Of a stretch of DNA of 64,000 nt, positions 46,060-59,839 are shown piece after piece. Every line of letters starts with the position of its first letter. Position 1 is the stretch's first letter. The notes beneath the pieces are model-generated. The model saw nothing but the letters and a program-made list of their open reading frames with translations, did not search any database and had not been told where the DNA came from. The position numbers and the translations under genes were made by a program. Source of the DNA: Hemiscyllium ocellatum (Eukaryota); contig NC_083435.1 in assembly GCF_020745735.1 (NCBI RefSeq), forward strand, positions 44,826,498-44,890,497. Reading direction: 5' to 3'.

Positions 46060-46860
46060 TCAGTCTCCTCCAGAGGTCCCAGCATCACAGATGACAGACT
46101 TCAGCTATTTTGAATCCATCTGTGTGATATCAAGGAATGTTTGGAGTCAGTCGATAGTGCAAAGTGTATGAGCCTCCATAAAGTTGTGGGTATAACAGTG
46201 AGAACTTATGTTCCAATGCTTTCACCTCCTCATACATGCTCAGTGCAGCTACACAATGTGTAAAATTTCCAAGGTATATCCCACATGCTAAAAGCAGACC
46301 AAATTCTGCTCAGTTGGTTTATTGTTGATCATCAGTAAAGTGATGAAGGGTGTCATCAAGCAGCACTTTTTTTTAGCAATGACCTGATTAGTGACTCCTC
46401 ATTTCGGTTTCAGCATGGCCACTCTACTCCTGACCTTGTGAGAAATTTGGTCCAAACACGAAGAACTGAATTCCAGAGTTGACTTGAGATTGACTGCCTT
46501 GGGCATCAAAGCTGCATTTGACAGAGTGTGGCATCAATAAACCCAGCAGTATTGCAATCAGTGGGAGTCAGTGAATATTATGGGACAAACTCGCTTCAGG
46601 TTGGAGTCATACCTTGGAAGATGATTGTGGTTATTGGAGGTCAATCAGCTCAGCTCTAGTACATTTTTTGCAGGGTTAGTCAGTGTAGTGCCATAGGTGC
46701 AATCATCTTCCCTTCATCTTAAGGTCAGAGGTGTGAATGTTCATTGATGTACGATATTCAGCACCATTTGCAATTCCTCAAATACTGAAGCCGACCATGT
46801 GCAAATGTTACATGGTCTGGAAAATATCCTGGCTTGGGCTGACAAATGGCAAGACTGCTT
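46060..46860 (+). mobile_element. Degraded LINE RT fragment (second family)
   Basis: atcagtaaagtgatgaagggtgtcatc, catcaaagctgcatttgacagagtgtggcatca and ggcttgggctgacaaatggcaag match the family at 8003-11290. Confidence 0.75.
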
Positions 46861-47839
46861 AATATTCCCTTTTCAGGACAATTAGGAATGAAAAAGAAAT
46901 GCTTGTGTAACTGATGACACTCGCATACTAAAGAGCACTTTTAAAAATGGGAGTAAACCTCCTTGGAGAAAGATTTTGTCTTCCTTCTGATCTGAGATGA
47001 AGGAGGAGTTTTGATTGTATCAGTCATTCTGCTGTGTCACTTACTGAAGCCTCAGGGCAAAAGCACAGATTGTTTAGATTCAGCTGCATTCTGAAATGTG
47101 AATTGTGTCAACATGAGTCAAAAGGATTCCTCCCCTTCATGGTGTGGACAGTAAAGAGATGGAATAAATATTCACTTCTCCATTTGCGTTATTGATGGTA
47201 TAGCAATTAAATATCTGCCAGCATAAAGTGCAGTATGCAAATTATCTCACACATGAAAGGGTGTGTGTCAAACATACACAAAACTATTGACCATGGAGCT
47301 GAGGGCAGATGCATCCTGTTCCGAATGACTGCTAGAAAATAGGACAACAGGAAGTTGTTTTTAAAAAGTATAAATATTTAAATGTTCAGGAGCAAACCTG
47401 GATATGGAGCACAAAAAGTGAGTGTGCCAGTCTAGTGAGCAGTGAGGTAGCTGAGTGGCCCATTGGTCATTTGAACAGAAGAGTAGAGAAATCTTGAACT
47501 TGTATGGGCTCTGGTGAGGTCACAACTGCAAATCTGTGTGCACTTTGATCTCCATATTTAAGAAAAGATTAACTAAGATTGGAGGTTGTTGTCTGTGCTT
47601 TGGACACTGACTCCTTTATGTGTTAAAAACACTTTACACAAGTGTTTTTGTCACTGAGGTGGACAAAGGGACATAGAATTCAATTCAACTTTGTTAACAA
47701 AATATTCCTCAAACACAGTATATGCATTTTCCAAATTCTCGTAATATTTGCACTCTTATGTTTGTCCATCTGTGAAAGGATATTAAGTCTAATGTGGTTG
47801 ACATCGGCTGTGGGAATCTCTTCCCTCCAATGATGGTGA

Positions 47840-48480
47840 GTTATAGAACCACAGAGACGCATGGCACGAAAACATACCTTTCAGTCAAATTCATCCTAAA
47901 TTAATCTAGTCACTACTTGGCCCATATCCCTCTTAATCCTTCCACTTCATGCACCCATCAAGATGCCTTTAAAATGTTGTAATTGTACTAGCCACTACCA
48001 CTTACTCTGGCAGATCATTCCGTACCCACCATCCACAGCGTGAACAAATTGTTCTTTTGGTCCCTCTTGAATTTTTCCCCCTCAACTTAAACCTCTACCC
48101 TCTAGTTCTAGAGTCCCCCACCCCAGGGAAAAATACCTTGTCCATGCCCCTCATAATGTTATAAACCTTCATAAGATCACCCCTCAGTCTCTGACACTTC
48201 AGGAGAAATCGCCCTAGCCTATTCAGCCTCTCCTTATAGCTCAAATCCTCCAAACCTGGCAACATCCTTGTAAATGTTTTCTGAACCATTTCAAGCTTCA
48301 CGACATACTTTCTTTAGTAAGAACACCAGAATTACACACAATATTCTAAAAGTGCATAACCAATGTCCTGTACAGCTGCAGCATGACCTCCTATATTTAA
48401 TGCTCTGACCAATAAAGGAAAGCCTTCTTCACGTCCTATCTGAGACTCCACTTTCAAAGAACTATGAACCTGAACTGCTG
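47840..48480 (-). mobile_element. CR1 3' fragment
   Basis: Minus-strand KLEMVQKTFTRMLPGLEDLSYKERLNRLG. Confidence 0.88.
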
Positions 48481-48806
48481 GATCTCTTTGCTCAGGGACC
48501 CACGCCCTAAACCTTTACCATTAAGTGTATTTCCACTGTATCAGTTCTTGTCAAAGTCAGAAACAGGAAATGAGCAGCCAATTTATTGGGAGTTTTCAAT
48601 AGATACCCCATTAGCAACTGAGACATGGAGGAGCAGGTTGGGAGATAGATAGATTTTGGCAGAAGGGTTGTTGTCATGGATGACTTCAACTTTCTTAATT
48701 TTGATTGGGACCTTCTTAGTGCAAATAGTTTGGATGAGCAGATTTTGTCAGGTGTGTCGAGGAAGGATTTCTGACTCAATATGTGGATAGGCTAATTAAA
48801 GTAGAG

Positions 48807-49990
48807 ACTGGATTACACCTCTTCCCACCCTACCTCTTGCAAAAATGCCATCCCGTATTCCCAATTCCTCCACCTCCGCTGTATCTGCTCCCAGGAGGAC
48901 CAGTTCCACCACAGAACACACCAGATGGCCTCCTCCTTTAGTGATCACAATTTCCCTTCTCACTTGGTTAAAGATGCCCTCCAACGCATCTCGTCCACAT
49001 CCCGCACCTCTGTCCTCAGACCCCACCCCTCCAACCGTAACAAGGACAGAAAGCCCCGGTGGTCACCTTCCACCCTACAAACCTTCGCATAAACCAAATC
49101 ATCCGCTGACATTTCCGCCACCTCCAAAAAGACCCCACCACCATGGATATATTTCCCTCCCCACCCCTTTCTGTCTTCCGCAAAGACCGTTCCCTCTGTG
49201 ACTACCTGGTCTGGTCCACACCCCCCTACAACCCACCCTGTCATCCTGGCACTTTCCCCTGCCACAGCAGGAACTGTAAAACCTGTGCCCACACCTCCTC
49301 CCTCACCTCTATCCAAGGCCTTAAAGGAGCCTTCCACATCCATCAAAGTTTTACCTGCACATTCACTAATATCATTTATTGTATCCATTGCTCCCGATGC
49401 GGTCTCCTCTAAATTTGGGGAGACTGGGCGCCTCTTAGCAGAGCGCTTTTAGGAACATCTCTGGGACACCCACACCAATCAACCACACCGCCCTGTGGCC
49501 CAATGTTTCAACTCCCCCTCCCACTCTGCCGAGGACATGGAGGTCCTGGGCCTCCTTCACCGCTGCTCCCTCACCACCAGACACCTGGAGGAAGAACACC
49601 TCATCTTTCAGAATACTTCAACCCCAGAGCATCAATGTGGACTTCAACAGTTTCCTCATTTCCCTTTTCCCTCACCTCATCCTAGTTCCAAACTTCCAGA
49701 TCAGCACTGTCCCCATGACTTGTCCAGACTTGTCCTACCTGCCTATCTCCTTTTCCACCTATCCACTCCACCCTCTCCTCCCTAACCTATCACCTTCATT
49801 CCCTCCCCCACTCACCCATTGTACTCTATGCTATTTTCTCCCCACCCCCACCCTCCTCTCGCTTATCTCTCCACGCTTCAAGCTCACTGCCTTTATTTCT
49901 GATGAAGGGCTTTTGCCCGAAATGTCGATTTCGCTGTACCTTGGATGCTGCCTGAACTGCTGTGCTCTTCCAGCACCACTAATCCAGAAC
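48807..49990 (+). mobile_element. Penelope-like element 3' half (linker, GIY-YIG region, pLTR)
   Basis: PGTFPCHSRNCKTCAH..FTCTFTNIIYCIHCSRCGLL..GETGRLLAERF; pLTR with a hammerhead core at about 49900. Confidence 0.9.
49895..49930 (+). ncRNA. Minimal hammerhead ribozyme motif in a PLE pLTR
   Basis: CUGAUGA-A-GGGC-UUUU-GCCC-GAAAU-GUC; helix III has a U-G wobble, stem I is weak. Confidence 0.55.
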
Positions 49991-51245
49991 CATATTTGAC
50001 CAGGTCAGCTGCCACATCTCTTTGTAGGAGAGCGTTTTGGTGATAGTGATCACAACTCCCTGACCTTTGCTATAGTCATAGAAAGGGATAATTGCAGGTG
50101 GTAGAGGAAAGTATTTAATTAGGGGAGGGCGAATTGCAATGCTATTAAGCAGGAACTGTGGAGCATAAATTGGGAGCAGATATTTTCAGGGAAATGCACG
50201 GCAGAAATGTGGCGGTTGTTTAGGGAGCACTTGCTGTGAGTGCTAGATAGGTCCCACTGAAGGTAGGAAGGGCTGGTGGGTTGAACGAACTTTGGATCAC
50301 AAGAGATGTGGAACATCTAGTCAAGAGGAAGACGGCAACTTATTTACGGTTGAGGAAGCAAAGATCAGACAGGGCTCTGGGGAGTTACAACGTAGACAGG
50401 AATGAACTGGACAATGAACTTAGGAGAGCTAGACGGGATCATATAAAAAAAAACCTTTGTGATAGACTTAAGGAAAACCACAAGGCATTCTACACTGAGC
50501 TGAGGAACAAGAGGATGGCCAGAGTAAGATTAGCGCCAATCAAGGATAATGGAGGGAACACATGCCTCTAGTCAGAAGAGGAAGGGGAAGTCCTCAATTA
50601 ATACATTAATTCACTAGTGAGAAGGACCTTGTCACTTTTGAGGAGAGTGTGAAACAGGCTGGTACACTCGAACAGGTTGGTGTTAAGAAGGAGGTTGTGC
50701 TGGAAATTTTGACAATCATACAGACAGATAAGTCCCGTGGGCCAGACGGGATATACCCAAGGTTACTACAGAAAGTGAGGGAAGAAATTGCTGCACCTTT
50801 GATGATACTCCTTGCATCCTCACTGTCCACTGGAGTAGTACCAGATGATTGGATGGTGAAAAATGCAGTTCCCTTGTTCAAAAAAGGGAACAGGGATAAC
50901 CCTTGGAATTACAGACCAGTCAGTCTTACGTCAATGGTGGGCAATTTATTGTAGACAATTTGGAGAATAGGGATTTATGATTATTTGCAAAAGCATAGTT
51001 TGATTAGCACAAGCCTTATTTAATTCTCGGGGATGTGACAAAGCACATTCATGAAGGTAAAGCAGTGGATGTGGTGAATAAGGATTTTAGCAAGGCTTAT
51101 CATAAGGTTCCCCATAGGCTCATTCAGAAAGTAAAGAGGCATGGGATACAGCGGAATTTGGCTGTCTGTTACAGAATTGATTGGCTCACACAGAGAATGG
51201 TAGGAGGTGAAAAGTATTGAGACTTGAGCTCGGTAGGCAGTGGTC

Positions 51246-51770
51246 ATAGAGTCATAGAGATATAGAGCACGGAAACAGATTCTTTGGTCCAATTTGTCCC
51301 ACCTGCGAGCACCCAGCCTATATCCCTTCAAACCATTCCTATTCATATAACCATCCAGATGCCTTCTAAATGTTGCAATTGTACCAGCCTCCACCACTTC
51401 CTCTGTCAGCTCATTCCATACATATGCCATTCTCTGTGTGAAAAAGTTGCCCCTTAGGTCTCTTTTATCTTAACCCTCTCACCCTAAACGTATTCTCTCT
51501 AGTTCTGGACTCTCCCACCTCAGGGAAAAGACTTTGTCTATTTATCCTATCCATGCCACTCATGATTTTATAAATCCCAATATGGTCACTCCTCAGCCTC
51601 CAAGACTCCAGGGAAAACAGCCCTAGCCTATTCAATCTTTCCCTCAGATGCTCCAACTCTGGCAATCCTTGTTAAACCTTTCTGAACACGTTCAGGTTTC
51701 ACGACATCATTCCAATAGGAAGGAGAACAGAATTGCATGCAATATTCCAAAAGATTGCCCTGTACAATCG
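51246..51770 (-). mobile_element. CR1 3' fragment
   Basis: Minus-strand ERLNRLGLFSLESWRLRSD and a tgactctatga tail near 51246. Confidence 0.88.
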
Positions 51771-51929
51771 CAGCATGATCTCCCTACTCCTGTACTCAGT
51801 ACTCTGACCAAGAAAGGCAATCATACCAAACATTTAATACTACCAATCATTTCAATCCAACCAGACAGGTACCATCCGGCTTTGGCCTCATTACTATGGG
51901 TGAGCTTAATTCCCTGCAACTCATTCCGA

Positions 51930-52251
51930 TTTTTTTTTAAATTAGATTAGACTTACAGTGTGGAAACAGGCCCTTCGGCCCAACAAGTCCACACCGACCC
52001 GCCGAAGCGCAACCCACCCATACCCCTACATTTATCCCTTACCTAACACTACGGGCAATTTAGCTTGGCCAATTCACCTGACCCGCACATCTTTGGACTG
52101 TGGGAGGAAACCGGAGCACCCGGAGGAAACCCACGCTGACACGGGGAGAACGTGCAAACTCCACACAGTCAGTCGCCTGAGTCGGGAATTGAACCCGGGT
52201 CTACAGGCGCTGTGAGGCAGCAGTGCTAACCACTGTGCCACCGTGCCGCCC
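51930..52251 (-). mobile_element. Young HE1-like SINE
   Basis: Reverse complement differs from 45493-45795 at about nine positions (counted by eye). Confidence 0.94.
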
Positions 52252-52659
52252 ACTTTGTGTCATCTCCGTGCATATTGTCTAACTCCTTTTGAACCTGAGC
52301 CAACTTTTAGTGCTTTAAGTCAATAAAGATTTTGCTTAATTGGAATACCATCTCCGATATCTACATAATGTGTAATGAGATTAGCCATTCCAAACTACTT
52401 CAAACATATCTCTCCAGATGGTTGCAATAACTCTTCCAGGTCGTTTTGCTCTTTCTGTGGAAGGTAGCTTCTTCATCGTCCAAAGTAAATTGAGGAATTT
52501 CCAATTCAGAATCATCAATCTTGGCATTTCACTCTGTGCTGAAATCAATAAGAAATCCTCCATTTGCTTTCCTGCACTATCAAGCTACATAATATTTACA
52601 TAACACACGCAGTTAGATTTCGTTGGAAGTTGTCAAATAATATCATTCTTAACAAATAA

Positions 52660-55100
52660 TTCATCTCAATCAATTTCTTTTCAATTGGATAATGACCATT
52701 AAACCCTGATTAAAAGGTTCGCAGAGCGCTGGCAATAGCATGATAATTTACCTCCGCATACCAATTTGTGATTTTTTTTGGAGTTCCTGTCTGCTTCCTT
52801 TTTAATCACAATCTGTGCTATTTTCAAATTTTGTCTAACCAACTCTACCATTCTAGTTAATCTTTCTCTAAAATTTGTCACGTAGTCCAAGGTATGTGGT
52901 CTCTGAACCCTGACTCAAAAATGTCTTCTTAATAAGTTGCAATGACCTGCTTACCTCATACCGAAAAGCTGATTTGAAAGGATTGAAGTTCATTGGTTCA
53001 TTAGGTGCATCGTTATTGCAAAAAGTTTAAATGGAATCCCTTTATTTCAATCCTGTTCATCAACCTGATTATACACTCGCAACATGATCTTAAGATTTTA
53101 ATGCCACCATTCTAATACTCCCCGAAACTCTGAATGGCAAGCAATGTAATTGAATTATACAATTATACGCAGGACCTTTGAAAGTTTTATGGAAAATAGA
53201 GACCTACAGGTTCACGTACATAATTCTGTGAAGATTAGGAAAATTGTATAGAAAATAATTCCTACAGGATGGAAGCAGGCTCTTTGGCCCAACAACTCTA
53301 CACCGACTCTTTGAAGAGTAACCCACCGGACACATTCCCTACCCCATTACTCAAATTTTACGCCGTTTAATGCACCTAATCTACTCATCCTTGAAGACAA
53401 TGGGCAATTTAGCATGGCCAATCCGCTTAACCTGCACACCTTTGGATAGTGAGACAAAACCGGAGCACCCAGTGGAAACCCAGGCAGACATGGGGAAAAT
53501 GTGCAAACTCCACACAGACAGTCGCTGGAATGGAAGGCAGGTGCTTTGAGACAGCAGTGCTAACCACTGACCCACCATGCTGCCGTCCTGAAGGCACTGT
53601 GTTTAATAAGGTGTTTAACATGCTCGTCATTTTTGCTCAGATATTTGTGTACAAAAGTCGTGAAGCCAATTTGGGATTATACAGACCGTTGGTGACGCCT
53701 GTTCTGCTGTATTTTGTCCAGTTCTGAACGCCCTATAGGAATGGTATTATTTTCAGTAAGAGTGTTCAGAAAAGATTGAATAGCATAAGGGCGAGGATTG
53801 ATGCTTTGCATTATAGAGAGAAGCTGGACAGACTGAGACTTTCTTTTACTCGACTGTAGGAAATTTAGGGATGACCTTATGGAGGTTTTACAATCAACAG
53901 CATAGCTATACTGTGCAGACCAATTTTTTCTTGTAATTTTGCTTGCGATTTCCTTACTCCCAAATGACCTCCTGTAGTTAATACTATTGCAATTTTCAAT
54001 ACCTACTATCTATAATCCAATAATAATGTAATTCGTTGAATTACCATCCATTTTTCATCTGCCTGAATCTTCCTTTCTGCATTGCGACTTCAGCTTTAAT
54101 GTAGTAGCATTCTGCAAATTATTCAGATTCTTCTTCTGTGATGCAACTGGTACAAGTACTTTGGTTTCTAAAATACCATTCTGCTGTAATTAACTAACTT
54201 CTCTGAACTAAAAATATTCACTTTGTCCTCCACCTGTTCTTGTTATTTAGCAACCGTTTGAACAAACATGAACTGTGACAATTGAGCTCCAACTTTCTAA
54301 TCTTTGCTTCTTTCTTTCTCGTCCTGCTTCAAATTGTAAATTTGTGACCTTGTGATCAGGCAGTAATGAAAGGTCCGAGGAAATGCCTGTTATAAAACCA
54401 CAGTTGTCAGATTGTCCATTGGTTTTTCTACCACACTGATACAGTTATATCATGCTGGCATCTGCAAAGCAGAGGATTTTTTTATTACTCCTAACAGCAC
54501 TTTACCACTTTTTGCCAAACTCTGCAACCTCGCCTTATACAACGAAGCACTACTTCGCACACCATGAATTACACATTTTGCAACTTTCTCTGGCAATATT
54601 GCTTCCAAATTACATATTTCCTCATTTCTCACTATTAGAGATTGACTTGCTCCTGTATCTCTTATAATTTGGAGTTCATCACCTGCTCCTCCTGACTCAT
54701 GCAAGTAAAGTTTGGATAGATTTAACGCTTCTTCTGAAAAAAAAACCCTGACCAGCTCATGCATTGTTTTGAAGCATTTTGTCTCCCCTTGTGCTTTCCT
54801 TCAATACTTCAGCAAAACTCACAGGCTCATCTTGTTTTCTCGTAGCCGTCTTTCCAAGTATTTTTTTTTGTTTTATTAGCCACCAATGTTGCAAATTTAT
54901 ATGGGATCTACTATATTACAGTGAAAGCACTTTAGCTTTGTTTTGTTTACCTTTCCCGCACGTAGATTTTTTTTAAACCCTGCAATAAACTATCTTTACA
55001 ATCTTCATTGAGATATCCTTTTCCTTTACCATCTGAGAATTTTTTTCTTTTCCCCAATTTCTATCCCTGACTGATTGAAATTGATGTGGGAAGTAAAACA
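52660..55100 (-). mobile_element. Fragments of a Gypsy LTR retrotransposon (Gmr1/SCAN-type-like), split by a SINE and CR1
   Basis: Minus strand: decayed zinc knuckle KCFHCN near 54900, aspartic protease IIRDTGASQSLI near 54660, post-protease ..HYCLITRSQ near 54350, integrase C-terminal DYVTNFRERLTRMVELVRQNLKIAQ near 52800. Confidence 0.7.
53258..53583 (-). mobile_element. Older HE1-like SINE
   Basis: Reverse complement begins ggcagcatggtgggtcagtggttagcactg; diverged body. Confidence 0.85.
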
Positions 55101-55999
55101 TTTGAATTATGAACTTATTTGCGATTTCTGCCCCTCATCTTGCAGTCTTAACTCTCTGCCATTTCTCGTGATTTCCTATTACTTCATGAAGTGAACTAAA
55201 AAAACTCACAAAATAATCATCTCTCTACGAACAGAATATGTTTAAACCTATTCAAAACCATTATCTGTCTCTCGAATTTACTTTGTTTGATCCTTTCAAA
55301 CTCGACGTAGATCTGACCAGTATCCCTCCTTAGATTCCAAAATGTTGCGGAAAGTGGGGACTGCATATTGTGGAGATCAGAGACAAATCTGTGGTACTGG
55401 AAAAGCATAGCCTATCAGGCAGCATCTGAGGAGCAGGAGATTTGACGTTTCGAGCATTCTTGATGAAGAACTTAAACTGCAAACGCCAATTTCCTGCTCA
55501 TCGGATGCTGCCTGAACAGCTGTGTTTTTCCAACATCACACGTTTTGACCCTGAACCCATTCGACTGCTTCTGTTGTTCCAACTTAAAGATATATCCCAA
55601 AGCATCACAAGCTATTACTTTATAACTTTGAGCAGACCGATCATTACCTCTATCTCAATATTTCTTCATGAGAAAGGACAGAATTCACGTTTTAAAGCTA
55701 GTATCAACACACCGCAGATGAACCAAAAGAAAAGATGGTGCTCATAAACACTTATCTCGTGTTTAGAATCTGAATACTGTTCCAAATTTGCGAATGCCAT
55801 TTATGTCACCCTCAATATCGTGAACACAAACAGACTTACCCAACCTGTCCTTAATTCAACCATTTGAGCGCAGGCATCATTCTGTAAATCCACACAGAAA
55901 CCTCGACTAACTTTTTATCACTACTCACTATTCGAAAAATAATCTACTGCTGCATAAATCTGTTAGCCCCCATAATCTTGGAGATCTAACAATTTGAAC

Positions 56000-56990
56000 A
56001 CAGAACCCGAAGGTAGAAGCAAGAGGGCAATGATCGAGGGTTGCTTTTCAGAATGGAGACCTCTGACCACATTCTTTGTTGGTGGGTCCACCACCTTTTG
56101 CCATTTAAAATTTCAATGATTTGGATGTGATTAAAGGAGATATGGTTAGTAGGTTTGAGGATAACAACAAAAAAGGGACGAAAAGCGGGCAGCGAAGAAG
56201 TTACCTCACAGTGTAATTGGATCTTCATCATATGGGTCAGTGGGAGAAGGAGTGGCAAATGGAGTTTAATTCAGATAAATGTGGGGTTAAGCATTTTAGT
56301 AAGGCAAATGAGGGTAGGACTGATACTCTTAATAATAAAATCCTGGGGAGTGTTGCTGGTTAAAGAGGTTTTGGAGTACAGGTTCGCAGTTCATTGAAAG
56401 TGTAGTAAATGTAGATAGGTTAGTGAAGAAGGCATTTGGTATGCTTGCCTTCATTGGCTAGTGCATTGAGTATAGGTGTTGCTTGCTCATGTTGTGGCTG
56501 TAAAATACATTAGTTTGTCCGCTTTTGGTTTATTCTGTGCAAATCTAGTCTCCTTCCCATAGGAAGTATGTTGTGAACATGAGCGGGTTCGGAAAAGATT
56601 TCTTGGATGGTTTGAGCTTGGGGAGTGACTGAAAGAACTGGGGTATTTGCCCTGCAAAATCAGAGGATGACGGGTGACCTCATACACTTTTATAAAACCA
56701 TGAGGATCACAGGGAAAACAGGCGAGGTCTTTCCCCTGAAGTGCAGAATTCCAAAATTAGAGTGCACAGGGTTAGTGTGGTGCATGTGTGGAATGAGCTG
56801 CCATTGGAGGCTGGTACGATTACAACATTTCAATGACATCTGGCTGTGTATTTGATAGAGTTTAAATAGTTTAGAGAGAAGGGTTTAGGCTAAATGTTGG
56901 CAAATAGATTTAGATTTATATGGGGTATCTGGTCGTCATGGAGGACATGGACCGAAGGGTTTGTTTGAGTGTTATATCCTTATGTGTCAA
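56000..56990 (+). mobile_element. Old CR1 RT to 3' end
   Basis: aaatggagtttaattcagataaatgtggg, gaagaaggcatttggtatgcttgccttcattgg, and a 3' UTR ggaccgaagggtttgtttgagtg. Confidence 0.8.
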
Positions 56991-58229
56991 GAATCTTTTA
57001 CCAAACAGTCCAATTCTGTCCTATTTCATTTCGGTCATGTTTGAGTGAAACCTTAATAAAAAGAAGGAAAGACTCTAAAATGTAACTTGACAATGTGGAA
57101 TGTGACATCTCAGTAAACTGTTGACCGAAAGGAATTCTATAAACCTATCTTAGATCACGGGATCCTGCAGCAAATTATTAATTCTGGCTCCTGTGAGTGA
57201 CATTATAAATTCACTATGATCCTAAATGGAAGCGTTCTTTGCACAAAGAGGAATGTGTGAGAACTCTGACAAGTTGTGATAGTGCATTTGGATCCGAAAC
57301 TTATTGCAATATGGTGTCAGATTATGCAAAATGAACATATGCCCGAAGAATTCTGGGGGATTCAAGTAGATGCTTCGATGAAAAATTGTCAGAAAGACCA
57401 AAGCAATTTAACAATAGAATTTGAAACCCAACAGCCCGAGTGTTAGCGCTGTCTGCAACAAAAACACTTTAAAAATAAACTGCGGGAGTCTTCCCAGACG
57501 TGGCAATAGGGTCTTGATTCACTGTGTATAGCACCTCAATTTCCAAACTGAGAATGGGGAAACTGGGAATTCTGAATTGCGGGACAGTTCGGGTTGCAAT
57601 TCATTGATTTTGTAGACTGTACTCTCTCAGAGTTAACTCTTGATGTGAGAGTCAGGTGAAGCAGGCGCCGTGAAGGGACAATATATGGACGTGTTTAATA
57701 TTCCAAAACAGAAGGCACGATAATAGGAATATATGACACTTTCAGGAATAAGGCGGTATTCAACCTCACTGAATAATTAACTGATATTACCTTCATGGAC
57801 CTCACAAATTATTCATTAATCCATTTCATTTCTCAATATCAAATCTCTACTAATCTTTTTCATTTTTGGTTTCTCAAATGATTAGTCTGATAATGATTTC
57901 ATTACACTGCAGGCATTCTTTCTTCAAGATATTGTCGCAAACGTCGTTTTGTCAATTGTGGTTACTCGTGATTAATCCAGAATCTTTCTAATATGCATTT
58001 CTAATTCCTTTTTAATGTTACCCTCTCCCTGTTCACGACCACAGGATACCAATGGTCATCTCCGTGTAATTTTCCCACCTCTTCTGTTTCCAACACCGCC
58101 CAAACATAATGGGCATTTGATTTTTCTCTTCCAATATGCTATCGCAGTGATATCACAACTTACTGACAATTCTTTGCAATCTTTCTCATCTTTTGAAGTT
58201 GCTGTCAAGGAAAACGGAATGTTTATCCT

Positions 58230-58600
58230 GCAACAGCTGGGCCTTCACATACTGCATGTGAGCATGTCAGAATTTTCGTGTGTGTGTTTGTTGGTGTTAC
58301 AGTTTGCATGGGTATGGGTGTGAATCAGTCGGGGCATACGGGGAAGGCAGACTGTATCTATAGTGCGTATGTGTCAGTGTCAGAGATGGATAGAGTGTGT
58401 GAGTGTCAGAATCTGCAGATAAACTGTGTGTATGTGTGTGTGTTTGCGTGCGTGCGTATGCGTCACAATCTAAAGTGGAGTGTGAATGTGTCAGAATCAA
58501 ATGGGCACCGAGTATGTGTGTGTCAGCTTCTGTGAGTGAACTGTGTGTGTGTGTGTGTGGGGGGGAGGGTGGCAATTGCATATGTTTATGTATTTAAAAA
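58230..58600. repeat. Degenerate (GT)n-rich low-complexity tract
   Basis: Interspersed tgtgtg runs; generates spurious VC/HT-rich ORFs. Confidence 0.85.
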
Positions 58601-58959
58601 GTAGATTTTTCTCATATTTCAATCTTCGTTAATCAGCTTTACATTTCAGTATCAAAATACACCAGTAATTTTGCTGCTCATTGATATACCCGTTTGATGG
58701 TTCTTCTTATTATATAAGTACTGTAAATTAAATATGTCATTGGCCATATTTGTAACCAAGTAAAACATTTCGATCTATGCAGAGACCCAAAATGCACAGA
58801 TTTGGTAGAGGCAGAAGGTAGACCTCCCACGTCAGGCGTTGTGTCAGCCATTTATGTTTCTACAAATTTAATAGTGTCCATAGTGTCCATTCACTTACAA
58901 AAGTGATAAGCTGTCTTATAAATCAGAACTCTCCAGAATACAGTATATGGTCAATGATA

Positions 58960-59500
58960 CAGAATAATTGGAGCAGCAGCAACTATTCAACCTCTCGAAC
59001 CTGCTGCACTATCAAATGTGGTCATGGCTGATCATTCAGCAAGGAACCCCTTTCCTGCACTCTCCCTGTACGTGTTGATCCCTTTAGCCCTAAGAAAGGC
59101 ATCCAGCTCTATCTTGAAAGACATTATATCCCCAAGCACATTCTACAGCAGGGAATGCCACTGTCTGACCACTCTATAAATGAAGAACATCATCTTCATC
59201 TCACTCTGAAATGGCACATACCTTTAAACGTGACTCCTGTTTGTGGACACCTTGGATATCCAGAATATACTTCCTTCCTATGTCTTTCTAGTTCTGTTAA
59301 GACTGTTACAGGCTTCCGTGCGATCCCTCTTCATTCATTGAAACTCTAGAGGGCATGGTCTCATTGATTCAGTTTGTCTGCACATGCCGGTCCTCCCATT
59401 AGAGTAATCAGTCTGCGAAACGTTTGTTACACTCCCCTCATGTCAGATAATGAATCAAAAACTATAAACAATTACATTGGATATAATTTTGCTATTGCCT
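58960..59500 (-). mobile_element. Old CR1 3' fragment
   Basis: ctcgaacctgctgcactatcaaatgtggtcatggctgatc, ctctataaatgaagaacat, ttgaaactctagag resemble CR1 3' ends on the minus strand. Confidence 0.6.
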
Positions 59501-59839
59501 TCTCGAAAACTCACAAAACATTCCTGCTCCTGTACTCTGTAGCTCACAGCCTATTGTTTGCCTTTCCATCGCCTGCTATACTCCCAGCGTGCTAACATTG
59601 AGAGTCAAGTGTACAAGTGCACCCACGTCCTTTTCGCCATCTGTCACCATTCAGGCAACAATGTGCCCTTCTTTTCTTGAGACCGAAACACATAATCTTT
59701 ATGCACATTCGACTTTATTCAGTTTATCCAAGTTCATGAGACTCGGCATCATGTGTATTATGTGTGTGTTCTTTCAAATAATGTTAATCTTATGGAATAT
59801 TTTCGCTGGCAGTGTTTGATTGGAAAGATAAGACGGGCA

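Larger units (their letters stand above)
48545..51245 (+). mobile_element. CR1 ORF2 (endonuclease to RT), interrupted by a Penelope element
   Basis: VVMDDFNFLNFDW (endonuclease) before 48800; DKSRGPDGIYPRLL..NYRPVSLTSMVG after 49990. Confidence 0.85.
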
